A stretch of 33,598 nucleotides of DNA from a virus (lineage: Duplodnaviria; Caudoviricetes). A program made the translations under genes and the position numbers. The notes under the pieces are model-generated. The model worked only from the letters and a program-made list of their open reading frames with translations, ran no database searches and was not told where the DNA came from. The stretch covers positions 1 through 33,598 of the IMG/VR virus record IMGVR_UViG_3300044676_005553; one strand, written 5' to 3'. Of this stretch, positions 1 to 9,358 are shown in pieces (position 1 is the first letter of the stretch; every line of letters starts with the position of its first letter).

Positions 1-40
1 GGACAGTTCTCTTTCTTTCTTTTCAATCTGGTCAGTCAAT

Positions 41-2125
41 ATGATTTGTGAATCAGGCGACGAATCAGAATACGAAAAAAAGAAAAAGAGAGCAGCAGCT
101 CGAGAGCAAAAAGTCTCGAGAGAGGGCAGGGAAATCGGCAGCATCCCAGAGGTGGTCAACCGAAAGCGCAGAGCATCGGCAACCAGGTCTCTCAGTTATT
201 TTCTCAAGACCTATTTTCCCCTGACGGTTTATCTGAGCCTGAGTGATGACCACAAAGAGGCACTCAGGAGAATCGAGAAAGCGGTCAGGGGTGGTGGTCA
301 TTTTGCGTTTGCCATGCCTCGAGGGTCGGGCAAGACAACTCTGACAGAGCTCTCTGCCATCTGGGCGATTCTGACAGGCAAGCGGCGTTTTGTGATGCTG
401 GTGGGTGCTGATAAAGATGCAGCCACAGACATGCTGGCATCGATCAAGACAGAGCTCGAGACAAATGATGACCTGGCTGCCGATTTTCCAGAGGCCTGCT
501 ATCCGATCAGGTGCCTCGAGGGTGAGGCTCGGAGATGTGCGGGGCAGTTGTGCGAGGGTGAGCGCACCAGAATCACCTGGCAGGCTGATGAGCTGGTGAT
601 GCCGAGAATCGATGGCTCAAAGTGCAGTGAGTCAGTGATCAGAGTGGCTGGCATCACAGGCAAGATCAGGGGCGCAAAATATAAAAATGCCGATGGTGAG
701 ACGATCAGGCCAGACCTGGCCATCGTGGACGATCCACAGACGGAAGAGAGCGCCCACTCATCAAAGCAATGTGATGCCAGAGAGCAGGTGATCAAAAGAG
801 CAATCGTCAAGCTGGCAGGCCCTGGCAAAGAGGTGGCTGTTTTCATGCCGTGTACGGTCATCAGAAAAGGTGATCTTGCCGATCGGTTTCTGGATAAAAA
901 ACAGCATGCCGACTGGCATGGCCTGAGAGCAAAAATGCTCTATACATTCCCTGATAACATGGATCTCTGGGAGAAGTATGACGAGATCAGACGGGCTGAG
1001 CTCGAGGATGGCAATGAGCCCGAGTCTGCCAAGCAATTCTATCGAGATCATCTGGATGAGATGAGAGCAGGTGCTCGAGTCGGTTGGAATGAGCGTAAGT
1101 ATCCACAGGATGTGGACGCGCTACAGCATGCAATGGATCTCTACTTTGATGATCCTGCTGGATTCCTGGCAGAGTACAACAATGAGCCACAGGAAGATCT
1201 CGAGGATGGCCAGGTCAAGCTGGTGAGCTCTGATGATGTGATCCTGAGAACGAATGGATACAGCCGAGGCGAGGTGCCAGCCTGGGCAACCAGGCTCACA
1301 GCCATGATCGATGTGCAGCAGGATTGCCTATTCTGGATGGTCTGCGCGTGGTCTGACTCATTCAGGGGGTGCATCATCGATTACGGTTGTTTTCCTGACC
1401 AGGGTCGCAGCTATTTTACAAAGCTGGATCTCAGGAAAACTCTCAGAAAGACACTCAAGGAAAAGAGCTATCAGGCAGCCATCAGGAAAGGCCTCGAGCT
1501 GCTGACAAAAAAACTGATGGGCAATGAGTATCAGTCAGAGTCTGGCACTGTGCATCAGATCGAGAGGCTGGTGATCGATGCCAGCTATGAGCAGACACTG
1601 GTCTACTCATTCACCAGGTCATACGGTGACACTCGAGTCACTCCCTATCATGGCAGGTATGTGGGCGCCACCTCACTGCCCTTCTCCCTATTCAAAGCCA
1701 AGCCAGGTGAGAAGATCGGCCACCATTGGATCAAGCCATCTGTGAGGGGCCAGAAACTGGCGGTCAGGCATTACGTTGCCGATGTCAATTTCTGGAAAAG
1801 TTTTGTACACAGCCGGCTCTCAATTGAGCTGGGCGTTGAGGGGGATCTCTCACTCTTTGGAACTCGCAAAGAGCAGAGATTTCACAGGATGCTGGCAGAT
1901 CATCTGACTGCTCAGTATTGCATCAGAGCTGAGGCTCGAGAGCGTAAAGTGGATGAGTGGAAGCGCAGACCAGGCAGAGACCATGACTGGTTTGATACTC
2001 TGGTGGGCTGTGCTGTCATGGCATGCGTCGAGGGCTCAACTCTCAAAGAATGGTCAAGGAAGAAAAAGCGGGATGATCGAGGTGGCTCAACAGGTGGGCC
2101 ACCAAAGGGTAATGTGAGTTTCTGA
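41..2125 (+). CDS. terL: Terminase large subunit (GpA-like ATPase + nuclease)
   Basis: Walker A-like AMPRGSGKT, Walker B LAIVDDPQ, C-terminal nuclease-type acidic motifs (IDVQ, IDA, HDWFD); lies upstream of the portal. Confidence 0.9.
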   Translation: MICESGDESEYEKKKKRAAAREQKVSREGREIGSIPEVVNRKRRASATRSLSYFLKTYFPLTVYLSLSDDHKEALRRIEKAVRGGGHFAFAMPRGSGKTTLTELSAIWAILTGKRRFVMLVGADKDAATDMLASIKTELETNDDLAADFPEACYPIRCLEGEARRCAGQLCEGERTRITWQADELVMPRIDGSKCSESVIRVAGITGKIRGAKYKNADGETIRPDLAIVDDPQTEESAHSSKQCDAREQVIKRAIVKLAGPGKEVAVFMPCTVIRKGDLADRFLDKKQHADWHGLRAKMLYTFPDNMDLWEKYDEIRRAELEDGNEPESAKQFYRDHLDEMRAGARVGWNERKYPQDVDALQHAMDLYFDDPAGFLAEYNNEPQEDLEDGQVKLVSSDDVILRTNGYSRGEVPAWATRLTAMIDVQQDCLFWMVCAWSDSFRGCIIDYGCFPDQGRSYFTKLDLRKTLRKTLKEKSYQAAIRKGLELLTKKLMGNEYQSESGTVHQIERLVIDASYEQTLVYSFTRSYGDTRVTPYHGRYVGATSLPFSLFKAKPGEKIGHHWIKPSVRGQKLAVRHYVADVNFWKSFVHSRLSIELGVEGDLSLFGTRKEQRFHRMLADHLTAQYCIRAEARERKVDEWKRRPGRDHDWFDTLVGCAVMACVEGSTLKEWSRKKKRDDRGGSTGGPPKGNVSF

Positions 2126-2138
2126 AAGGCAATATCTG

Positions 2139-2495
2139 ATGGCGAAAAAAGCAACCAAGAAAAAGCCGACACAGGCGAAAACAGGCAGTAACTCTGCAGA
2201 AAAAGCGCTTGTGTCAAATTCACGCAAGCGCTCACCAGGCAGACCAGCCGGCAGTCAAAACATCGACAGGCCAGTCAGTGAGGGGGTGCTCTCGATCTGC
2301 AGCTGTGGAAGCACAGAGCGGCGCACTGTGGGACAGGGGCCACTCATCCAGGCTCATGAGCACATCCATCATGGCAATTATTATACGCACATCGTGCGGC
2401 GTAGGGTGGTCTGCAGCCGATGCGGTCAGCAGCGAATGGAGATCACAAGAGAGAATCGAGGCTCTCAGAAAAAAAATGCTGTGAGCAATAAATGA
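2139..2495 (+). CDS. Basic hypothetical protein with Zn-ribbon (CSCGS...CSRCG) and AT-hook-like PGRP
   Basis: 118-aa ORF between terminase and head genes; Lys-rich N-terminus, two Cys pairs. Confidence 0.6.
   Translation: MAKKATKKKPTQAKTGSNSAEKALVSNSRKRSPGRPAGSQNIDRPVSEGVLSICSCGSTERRTVGQGPLIQAHEHIHHGNYYTHIVRRRVVCSRCGQQRMEITRENRGSQKKNAVSNK
2178..2233 (+). repeat. Dispersed 56-bp element, copy 1
   Basis: AAAACAGGCAGTAACTCTGCAGAAAAAGCGCTTGTGTCAAATTCACGCAAGCGCTC; 49/56 identical to each of the copies at 16745 and 27649. Confidence 0.95.
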
Positions 2496-2542
2496 GCTGA
2501 GAGCTGCTGATGAGATCGGGTCTGCTGCCGATACTGAGAGTC

Positions 2543-2743
2543 ATGGCAACCGATGAAGTCAAGCAAGGTCGGATTGATGAGATCGATGAGATGCTGGCCA
2601 CAGGGGTCACAGCTCATACGGTTGATGGTGTGTCGATGACGATTGATCACAACTCACTCAGGAAAGAGAGAGCCAAGCTGGTCAGGGAACTCAACAGCAG
2701 TGCCATCAACAGCTCAATTGATATCTCGGGGGCATTTGGATGA
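2543..2743 (+). CDS. Head-tail joining protein (gpW-like)
   Basis: Small ORF MATDEVKQGR...GVTAHTVDGVSMT..SLRKER directly upstream of and overlapping the portal (ATGA); matches lambda gpW position and pattern. Confidence 0.65.
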   Translation: MATDEVKQGRIDEIDEMLATGVTAHTVDGVSMTIDHNSLRKERAKLVRELNSSAINSSIDISGAFG

Positions 2744-4185
2744 TCAGCAAGACGATCAGAAATGCTCGGGCAAGACGGTCGAGCCACCTGGCCACAACTG
2801 GCACAGTCACATCTGGCTATGATTCAGTAAAGACCAGCAAGCGGCGCAAGGTTCCGACAGGTCGAGTCAAGTCTGAGAATCATGTTCTCAAGATGCCAGA
2901 CCGTCAAAAGATGTCAGAGAGCACCTCTGATCTCTATCGCAACTTCTCAACTGCTGCCTGGTGTGTCAGGAAACATCTCGATTTCGTGACTCGTTTCGCA
3001 TTCGAGGCGCGTACTGGCAATGACGATCTCGATAAGCAGATCGATGCCATTATCAGCCGGCGAATGATGCCAGCAGGCTGCCACTCTCGAGGGCTCCACA
3101 GGTTCGGCAGACTGCTGAGGATCTGGGAGTCTCAGCGGGTTATGAATGGTGATTGTGGTGTGTTCCGTTTGCGAGATGGGACAATGCAAACCATTGAGCA
3201 CGACAGGATCCGCAACCCGTCAAGGCTCGATGTGAGTAATCTCGATGGCTGGGATCTGGGAGTCAAGACAAGCGGCAGAGGCAGGCATCTGGCGTATGCA
3301 GTACACAAGAGAACTCAGCGGGGTGGGTACGAATTCGAGAGAACAGTCAGAGGCTCTGATCTCCATTTGTTCGGCTACTTTTTCCGAGAGGATCAGGATC
3401 GAGGAGTCTCACCACTCAGCTCGGCCATCAACTCGTTTCGAGATGCTTATGAGGGTCTCGATTACACTCTGGCGAGAATGAAAGTGAGCCAGCTCTTTGG
3501 GCTGGCCATCTATTCTGAGGACAATGATGCAGCAGAGCTCTCTCTCGATTTTGCAGCGGGGCCTCAACTGCTCAGGCTCGGAGATGCAGACAAAGCAGAA
3601 TTTCTCGAAAGCAAGCAGCCATCATTTGAGCTGCAGCAGTTTTTTGGGATCTCGATAGGCATTGCGCTCAAGGCTCTCGACATTCCGTACTCATTTTACG
3701 ATGAGGCGTACACAAATTTTTTCGGCTCAAAAGCTGCTCTGATGCAGTATCTGCAGAGCGCAGCTGAAAAGAGAGAGGATGTCAAAGAGCTGCTCAGGTG
3801 GGTCACCACATTCTGGCTGGCTCTGGCTGTGGTCGATGGTGAGCTGACTCTGCCGGCAGGCATGAGTGTCTCTGACATTGCATACGAGTGGATTCCTCGA
3901 GGGCTGCCCTGGTGGGACATGATGCGAGACATCACAGCCATTAACAAAGCCATTGAGAATCAGATTATGACCAGGACTCAGGTCAGACGAGAATTCTTTG
4001 CAGACAACTGGGAGCAGGATGTAATGCCTCAATGGTCTCGAGAGCAAGAGCTGATCGATGCAGCCACTCTGGGAAGTCAAGAGCAATCACAACCGATGAG
4101 CACAGCTGATCTCAGTGCTCAGATTGATGATCTGAGAGAGTTGATTGAGATGGGGCCAGATCAGAGAGGTGAGCACAGTGCATAA
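2740..4185 (+). CDS. Portal protein, lambda family
   Basis: 481 aa; RDLYRN-like SDLYRN, QDRGVS, WIPRGLPWWD motifs typical of lambda-type portals; synteny. Confidence 0.88.
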   Translation: MISKTIRNARARRSSHLATTGTVTSGYDSVKTSKRRKVPTGRVKSENHVLKMPDRQKMSESTSDLYRNFSTAAWCVRKHLDFVTRFAFEARTGNDDLDKQIDAIISRRMMPAGCHSRGLHRFGRLLRIWESQRVMNGDCGVFRLRDGTMQTIEHDRIRNPSRLDVSNLDGWDLGVKTSGRGRHLAYAVHKRTQRGGYEFERTVRGSDLHLFGYFFREDQDRGVSPLSSAINSFRDAYEGLDYTLARMKVSQLFGLAIYSEDNDAAELSLDFAAGPQLLRLGDADKAEFLESKQPSFELQQFFGISIGIALKALDIPYSFYDEAYTNFFGSKAALMQYLQSAAEKREDVKELLRWVTTFWLALAVVDGELTLPAGMSVSDIAYEWIPRGLPWWDMMRDITAINKAIENQIMTRTQVRREFFADNWEQDVMPQWSREQELIDAATLGSQEQSQPMSTADLSAQIDDLRELIEMGPDQRGEHSA

Positions 4186-5506
4186 ACTGAGAATCAAGAA
4201 AACAAGAGCAGACAAGTCACCAGCCATGTGCTCTCTGATGGTCGGTCATGCGGATCCAGTGAGCCATGTTGATCGTGCCTCTGGCAAATTCGGCAATGGC
4301 ATGATCAGTGAGCCAGCCATGATCACTCGAGGTGAGGCCCTGGGCCACTATTTCTGGGTAGATGCCGAGATGCTGCAGTCAGTGGCCAATGAGATCACAG
4401 CAGCTGGCACCACAGGGATCAAGGCCAGGCTCGGGCATCCAAGCTGGTCAGATGACAAGACGGGTAAAGGGCTCGGCAGGTTTGTGGGTGCATCAGTCAA
4501 AGGTGATACGGTTTATGCTGGGGCGTTGCACATCAGCAAGGCCTCGAGCAAATCACCAGCAGGAGATCTGGCAGACTGGCTCACAACTCAGGCAGCCGAG
4601 GATCCAGAGGCCATTGGGGTCTCGATCTCATTCGAGCATGATTATGAGGCTGAGATTGAGTTTCTCGAGGCGCACGGTGCAGTCTGGGAAAAAGACAGTT
4701 ACGGCAGATATCTCAACTTAGATGAGTTCAAGTCACCAGATCCACTCAATGTGGACAACCTGCCACATGGCAGGCTGCAAAAACTGAGAGCGGCAGACAT
4801 TGTTGACACACCAGCAGCAAATCCTCAAGGCCTGCTCTCAGAGTGCGATCAGGCAAATGAGGCAGATGAGCTGATCAGATACATCACAGGCCTCTCAGAA
4901 GAGATGCCAGAAGCAACCACAACACTGCCAAGCAACCTGCTGAGAGATCGGTTTTCTCAGCTGGCAGACAGCTGGCAAAAAGGGAGTACAAAAGAGATGA
5001 CGAAAAGCGAGCTGAATGCAGACCGAAACAACCCGAAACCAGCTGAGCCAGTTGAGCCAGTTGAGCCACCAGTTGAGCCAGTTGAGCCACCAGTTGAGCC
5101 AGTTGAGCCACCAGCTGAGCCAGTGGTTGAGCCAGTTGAGCCACCAGCTGAGCCAGTGGTTGAGCCAGTTGAGCCACCAGCTGAGCCAGTGGTTGAGGAT
5201 CTCAGCATCCAAAACCACATCAAAAAATACACTGATCGATATGGTGAGAAAGGCCTGGCGTATCTCACAGCAGGTCTCTCTCTCGATCAGGCTCAGGCCA
5301 AATACAATCAAGACCTGACTGCCGAAAATAAGGCCCTCAATGATCGGCTCTCAGCGATTGAGGCAGCCGGTGGCAGCCTGGGTGATCCTGATGGCGTTCA
5401 CCATTCGCCAACAGGTGGCTCAGTTCCGAAAGAAAAGCGGAACACAATGACGGGTCTCAGTGCTGCTCTGTTTGAAGGGATCAAGGCCAAAAAGCCAAAG
5501 AGCTGA
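4178..5506 (+). CDS. Prohead protease / scaffold fusion
   Basis: Between portal and capsid; ARLGHP, GVSISF, AADIVDTPAANPQGL protease-like motifs; Pro/Glu linker then helical scaffold-like C-terminus. GTG at 4178 follows a GAGGTG RBS. Confidence 0.7.
   Translation: MHKLRIKKTRADKSPAMCSLMVGHADPVSHVDRASGKFGNGMISEPAMITRGEALGHYFWVDAEMLQSVANEITAAGTTGIKARLGHPSWSDDKTGKGLGRFVGASVKGDTVYAGALHISKASSKSPAGDLADWLTTQAAEDPEAIGVSISFEHDYEAEIEFLEAHGAVWEKDSYGRYLNLDEFKSPDPLNVDNLPHGRLQKLRAADIVDTPAANPQGLLSECDQANEADELIRYITGLSEEMPEATTTLPSNLLRDRFSQLADSWQKGSTKEMTKSELNADRNNPKPAEPVEPVEPPVEPVEPPVEPVEPPAEPVVEPVEPPAEPVVEPVEPPAEPVVEDLSIQNHIKKYTDRYGEKGLAYLTAGLSLDQAQAKYNQDLTAENKALNDRLSAIEAAGGSLGDPDGVHHSPTGGSVPKEKRNTMTGLSAALFEGIKAKKPKS
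5039..5197 (+). repeat. Coding tandem repeat (9-bp GTTGAGCCA units arranged as 21- and 33-bp higher-order units) encoding a PAEPVEP linker
   Basis: Directly visible; ccagctgagccagtggttgagccagttgagcca recurs about 2.7 times after shorter PVEPVEP units. Confidence 0.95.
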
Positions 5507-5580
5507 GCGGAAGTGATTGAGGAAAACTAACAGCTCAGAGATGGGCAAAATTTCTAAACTGTTTTGAAAGGCCATTAGTC

Positions 5581-6528
5581 ATGGCGAATGAATTATTGAA
5601 TTTGACGGATCTGGCAAAGATCAACACTCTGGATAATGCGGATCGAGATATTTCTGATCTGCTCGATGAGGCACCATTGCTGGCAATGTTGCCAGCCGAT
5701 CTGGCCAGCAATGGCACCACTCACAAATACGTCAAGCAAACAGGCGCGCCGACGGTCGGATTTCGCGCAGTGAATGCAGGCAAAGAAAACAAGAAATCAG
5801 CTGACACTGCAGTCAGTGAAGATCTCAAGTATCTCGATGCCTCATTCTATGTTGATGTGGCAGTGGCAGACGGGTATCGAGGTGGGCCAGAGGCGTATAT
5901 GGCTCGAGAGGCAGCTAGGCAATTGAAAGCGGCATTCTCAGAGTATGAGCAGCAGATTTTCTACGGGACTGGAAACAGTGCCTCTGGTTTCAATGGCCTG
6001 GCAGATGACGCAAATCTCGATGGCGTTGGTGACCTGATGGTGGTCAATGCTGCAGGCACAACAGCCAGCACAGGATCCTCAGTTTGGGGAATTCGGGCCA
6101 CAGGTGATCTCAATAATGTGGTCAGCATTCTTGGCAATGATGGCCAGATCGAGATCGGAGACATCACAGAGCAGGTGATCAATGATCCTACTGATGTGAG
6201 CCTGACTCTCAATGTGTATGCCATGAAAGTGGCAGCATACGTTGGCATGCAGATCGGTGGGGCATATTCGGTCGCGCGTCTGGCCAACTTGACAGAGGAA
6301 TCTGGCAAGACTCTCACTGATGCTCTCATTGCAGAGCTGCTCGAGAAGTTCAAGGCCAACCAGATGCCAACACATCTGGCCATGAGTCGGCGCTCATTGT
6401 TCCAATTGCAGGCCAGTCGAACGGCAACCAACGCAACCGGATCACCAGCGCCTATCCCTATTGAGTCGTTTGGTGTTCCAATTGTGCCAACTGACTCAAT
6501 CACTGACACTGAGGCTCTGCTGGCCTGA
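5581..6528 (+). CDS. Major capsid protein (HK97 fold expected)
   Basis: 315 aa after the protease; PTVGFRAVNAG, IFYG...GFNGL and FGVPIVPTDSI motifs typical of major capsid proteins. Confidence 0.85.
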   Translation: MANELLNLTDLAKINTLDNADRDISDLLDEAPLLAMLPADLASNGTTHKYVKQTGAPTVGFRAVNAGKENKKSADTAVSEDLKYLDASFYVDVAVADGYRGGPEAYMAREAARQLKAAFSEYEQQIFYGTGNSASGFNGLADDANLDGVGDLMVVNAAGTTASTGSSVWGIRATGDLNNVVSILGNDGQIEIGDITEQVINDPTDVSLTLNVYAMKVAAYVGMQIGGAYSVARLANLTEESGKTLTDALIAELLEKFKANQMPTHLAMSRRSLFQLQASRTATNATGSPAPIPIESFGVPIVPTDSITDTEALLA

Positions 6529-6568
6529 TCTGAGTTCTGAGTATCTCAATTATTAGGTTGACCAGAAT

Positions 6569-6928
6569 ATGACATTTGCATCAGCAGCCTCAATTCTATG
6601 CAACCGGCTCATCACAGTGCGGGGTGAGGCGATTGTGTACAGGCGGGGCGCTGATGCAAGTGTTGATCTGGTGGCGATTCCGGCAGATGGCGAAGAGACA
6701 AGAGAGCCAGGTGAGGGCATATCAGTTGAGGACAATGATCAGGATTTTCTGATCAAGGCCTCAGCACTGGCACTGGCCACAGCCGGGGCCATTGAGCCTG
6801 AGCAGGGCGATCAGATTGAGTGGGATGGCAGAGAGTATGTGGTGGCCTCGAGCTCGAGCAGTGAGAGAGCGTGGAAGCGTGAAGGCCATCGTGGTTTTTT
6901 TGTCAGAGTTTCAACCAGAGAGGTCTGA
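6569..6928 (+). CDS. Head-tail adaptor/stopper (gpFII-like)
   Basis: 119 aa; DFLI...PEQGDQIE..GREYVV pattern; synteny. Confidence 0.6.
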   Translation: MTFASAASILCNRLITVRGEAIVYRRGADASVDLVAIPADGEETREPGEGISVEDNDQDFLIKASALALATAGAIEPEQGDQIEWDGREYVVASSSSSERAWKREGHRGFFVRVSTREV

Positions 6929-7398
6929 TGGCCACATCTCCTGACATCCAGATCACAGAGCTGATCAAGACAGCCGTGAATGCTGAGACATTCTCTCAGG
7001 GGTTCACAGCTGAGCGGGTCTACTCTGCAGACTGGTCAGTCAAAGATGAGCTCAATGAGCTGCAGGTGGGCGTGTGGCCTGGTGAGTCAGAGGCAGAACT
7101 CTGGGAGAGAGTGAACCTCAGAAAGTCATACCAGGTGGGCATCACGTTTGCCAAGATCCTGACCAGGGCATCACTCGATGAGATTGATGATCTGGGCGAT
7201 CTGGTCAATGAGGTGGTTGAGAGTGTCGAGCTGACCACAGTAATTGCATCGGGTCTCTCTTACGCCAATCAGGGCTGGGAGTATCTGGTTAGGTTCGATG
7301 ACTCGAGGCTCGACAGGAACAAAAACACAGACAGTACAATCACATACACAGGACTCTTTGCATCAGCCGTCGTTTTCAACTTTGCAGAGGGGGGGTGA
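6928..7398 (+). CDS. Putative tail terminator
   Basis: 156-aa acidic ORF in the neck region, translationally coupled on both sides. Confidence 0.5.
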   Translation: MATSPDIQITELIKTAVNAETFSQGFTAERVYSADWSVKDELNELQVGVWPGESEAELWERVNLRKSYQVGITFAKILTRASLDEIDDLGDLVNEVVESVELTTVIASGLSYANQGWEYLVRFDDSRLDRNKNTDSTITYTGLFASAVVFNFAEGG

Positions 7399-7919
7399 TC
7401 GTGTCTCTCAGTTTCAAAGTAAATGACGCAAAGAGTTTCTTTTTTGACAGTGAGATCACAAAGGATCTTGATGATGATGCCAGGCGTGGGCTGGCTCGAT
7501 TCGGTGGGCTGGCCAGGACAGCTGCCAGACGATCAATGAGAAAGCCGAGGCAGAAAAAGCTCTCTGAGATGACCAGCAAAGAGCGGCAAGAGTATCACAT
7601 CAGATCCAGCATTGCCAAAAAGATGGGAGAGAAAAAGCCGCGCAGGCCAAACATGCCATCGGCACCAGGTGAGCCACCAAGAGTGATCGGTGGCCAGGTC
7701 AAAAAATTCTTATACTTCGGATATGACAAGAAAGAGAGATCAGTGGTGGTGGGGCCTGCAAAGCTCAACAACCCAACTGGCGCACCAGAGACACTCGAGA
7801 AGGGTGGCACAGTCAACACAAGAGCAGGCAGGGTGAAGGTCTCAAAAAGGCCTTACATGCTGCCAGCATTCGATCAACACATTTCCAAACTGCCAAGCCT
7901 GATCACAGGTGGCTCATAA
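7395..7919 (+). CDS. Neck/tail-completion protein (HK97 gp10-like)
   Basis: Basic; SAPGEPP, LEKGG...RPYMLPAF motifs of this family. Confidence 0.65.
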   Translation: MIVSLSFKVNDAKSFFFDSEITKDLDDDARRGLARFGGLARTAARRSMRKPRQKKLSEMTSKERQEYHIRSSIAKKMGEKKPRRPNMPSAPGEPPRVIGGQVKKFLYFGYDKKERSVVVGPAKLNNPTGAPETLEKGGTVNTRAGRVKVSKRPYMLPAFDQHISKLPSLITGGS

Positions 7920-7935
7920 CCAGGAGAAAGAAGAG

Positions 7936-8379
7936 ATGACACAAGCAAGAATCGGACGGTTACACAAATTCTATATTGATGCCGATGGCGACATTGCCAC
8001 ACCAACCTGGGTGGAATATGGAGAGATCCAGAGTGGCTCTCGATCCAGCCAGCGGAAGGTGGCAGAGGTTGAAGAAAGAGGCATCGATGAGACCACTGTA
8101 ATGCTCGGGCATAAAGGTCGAGAGATCAGCCTGACGGTCACAAAGAGACCAGGCAACACAAATTTTGACCTGCTGCAGACAGCGTATGAGGATGGTGACA
8201 AGGTTGGCGTGGCCATGATGACAGGTCCAATTGCCACATCAGGTGAGCAAGGGTATCAGGCTGAAATGTACGTTACAGGCTTCGATGCCGATGAGAGTAA
8301 TGAGTCAACCTCAGCAGCTGTCACTCTGAGGCCATGTGCTGACTACACCACAGCACCTGACCTGGTTGAGATTGCCTGA
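7936..8379 (+). CDS. Major tail tube protein
   Basis: MTQARIGRLHKFY...TPTWVE; beta-rich; precedes chaperone and tape measure; ATG 7936 follows AGGAG. Confidence 0.7.
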   Translation: MTQARIGRLHKFYIDADGDIATPTWVEYGEIQSGSRSSQRKVAEVEERGIDETTVMLGHKGREISLTVTKRPGNTNFDLLQTAYEDGDKVGVAMMTGPIATSGEQGYQAEMYVTGFDADESNESTSAAVTLRPCADYTTAPDLVEIA

Positions 8380-8466
8380 TAAGCCAATCGGCCAGAGGTG
8401 AGAACGGAGTGGCCAACCAGCCGGCGCGGTGCCGGCAAATACAACATTAACAAAAAGGGCAGTGAG

Positions 8467-8661
8467 ATGAGCAAGACCAGGACACAGCACTACATCGATC
8501 CGATCACTGGTGAGCGGAAAGAGATCAAAGTCAAGAGCATTGCTGACAAGTTCAAGCAAGGGGGCAAAAACAAGAAGACAGGGGCGCTGATGATCCCCAA
8601 AGAGCTGCGAGGTTCAGATCCGAATGCGCAGAAGCCAAAGACCATCACTGACACAAAGTGA
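8467..8661 (+). CDS. Small basic hypothetical protein
   Basis: MSKTRTQHYIDPITGERKEI..., 64 aa, fills the gap between tube and chaperone. Confidence 0.5.
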   Translation: MSKTRTQHYIDPITGERKEIKVKSIADKFKQGGKNKKTGALMIPKELRGSDPNAQKPKTITDTK

Positions 8662-8701
8662 GCCAGTTGATACCGCACAAAAACTCAGAGAGGGCAGATA
8701 A

Positions 8702-9133
8702 ATGGCATCATTCAAGGATGATCAAAAACGATCCTGGTCAATAGTGGTGACGATCCCTCTGGCCAGAAAGGTCAGGGATCAGCTCGGCGTGGATATCCTC
8801 AAGACTCAGACAGCTCTGCAAGAGCTCTCTGAGGATCCATTGATGATGATCGATGTCATTTATCTGCTCTGTGAGCAACAGGCAGAAAAGAGGGGCGTGA
8901 CTGATGAGCAGTTTGGTGAGGCTCTCTCTGGTGGCTCTGTTCACAAAGCGGTCGAAGCGTTCACAGAGGCGCTGATAAATTTTACCAGTCCCCAGAGGCA
9001 GAAGATTCTGAGAGCAATGCAGAGCACAGCAGTCGAGCTCGAGAGTCTGTTGACGGGGATGGCAGAGAAGAAACTGCCAGCAGCTCTGCAGGCAGCTCGG
9101 CAGCAAGTGTGTGGCACATCATTGCCAGACTGA
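8702..9133 (+). CDS. Tail assembly chaperone (gpG-like)
   Basis: 143 aa upstream of tape measure; contains in-frame slippery heptamer A AAT TTT at 8977-8983. Confidence 0.75.
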   Translation: MASFKDDQKRSWSIVVTIPLARKVRDQLGVDILKTQTALQELSEDPLMMIDVIYLLCEQQAEKRGVTDEQFGEALSGGSVHKAVEAFTEALINFTSPQRQKILRAMQSTAVELESLLTGMAEKKLPAALQAARQQVCGTSLPD

Positions 9134-9357
9134 GTGGCATTGTGGGATATGAGCCAACGGGCAGCTTGGGTGATCTGGTGGTGGCAGCTGAGGAGAGGCT
9201 GAGAACAGAGTGGGATCGAACAGCTGGGATCCTGGCGAATCAGACGAATTTGAAAGCGGGGAAAGTCGTGGTCAAGGCCAATGACATCAACCCCTATCGA
9301 GCAACTGAGAGCAAACTGCCAACCATGAGCGACATGGCTGGCCTATTGGATCCATGA
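8977..9357 (+). CDS. Tail assembly chaperone -1 frameshift extension (gpGT-like)
   Basis: The -1 frame is open from 8920 to the stop at 9357, immediately before the tape measure ATG at 9359. Confidence 0.65.
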   Translation, partial: KFYQSPEAEDSESNAEHSSRARESVDGDGREETASSSAGSSAASVWHIIARLSGIVGYEPTGSLGDLVVAAEERLRTEWDRTAGILANQTNLKAGKVVVKANDINPYRATESKLPTMSDMAGLLDP

Positions 9358-9358
9358 G

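Noticed and set aside
4884-5318. Repetitive ORFs in alternative frames, or a CRISPR-like array
   Set aside because: All derive from the PVEP coding repeat; there are no unique spacers and no cas genes.
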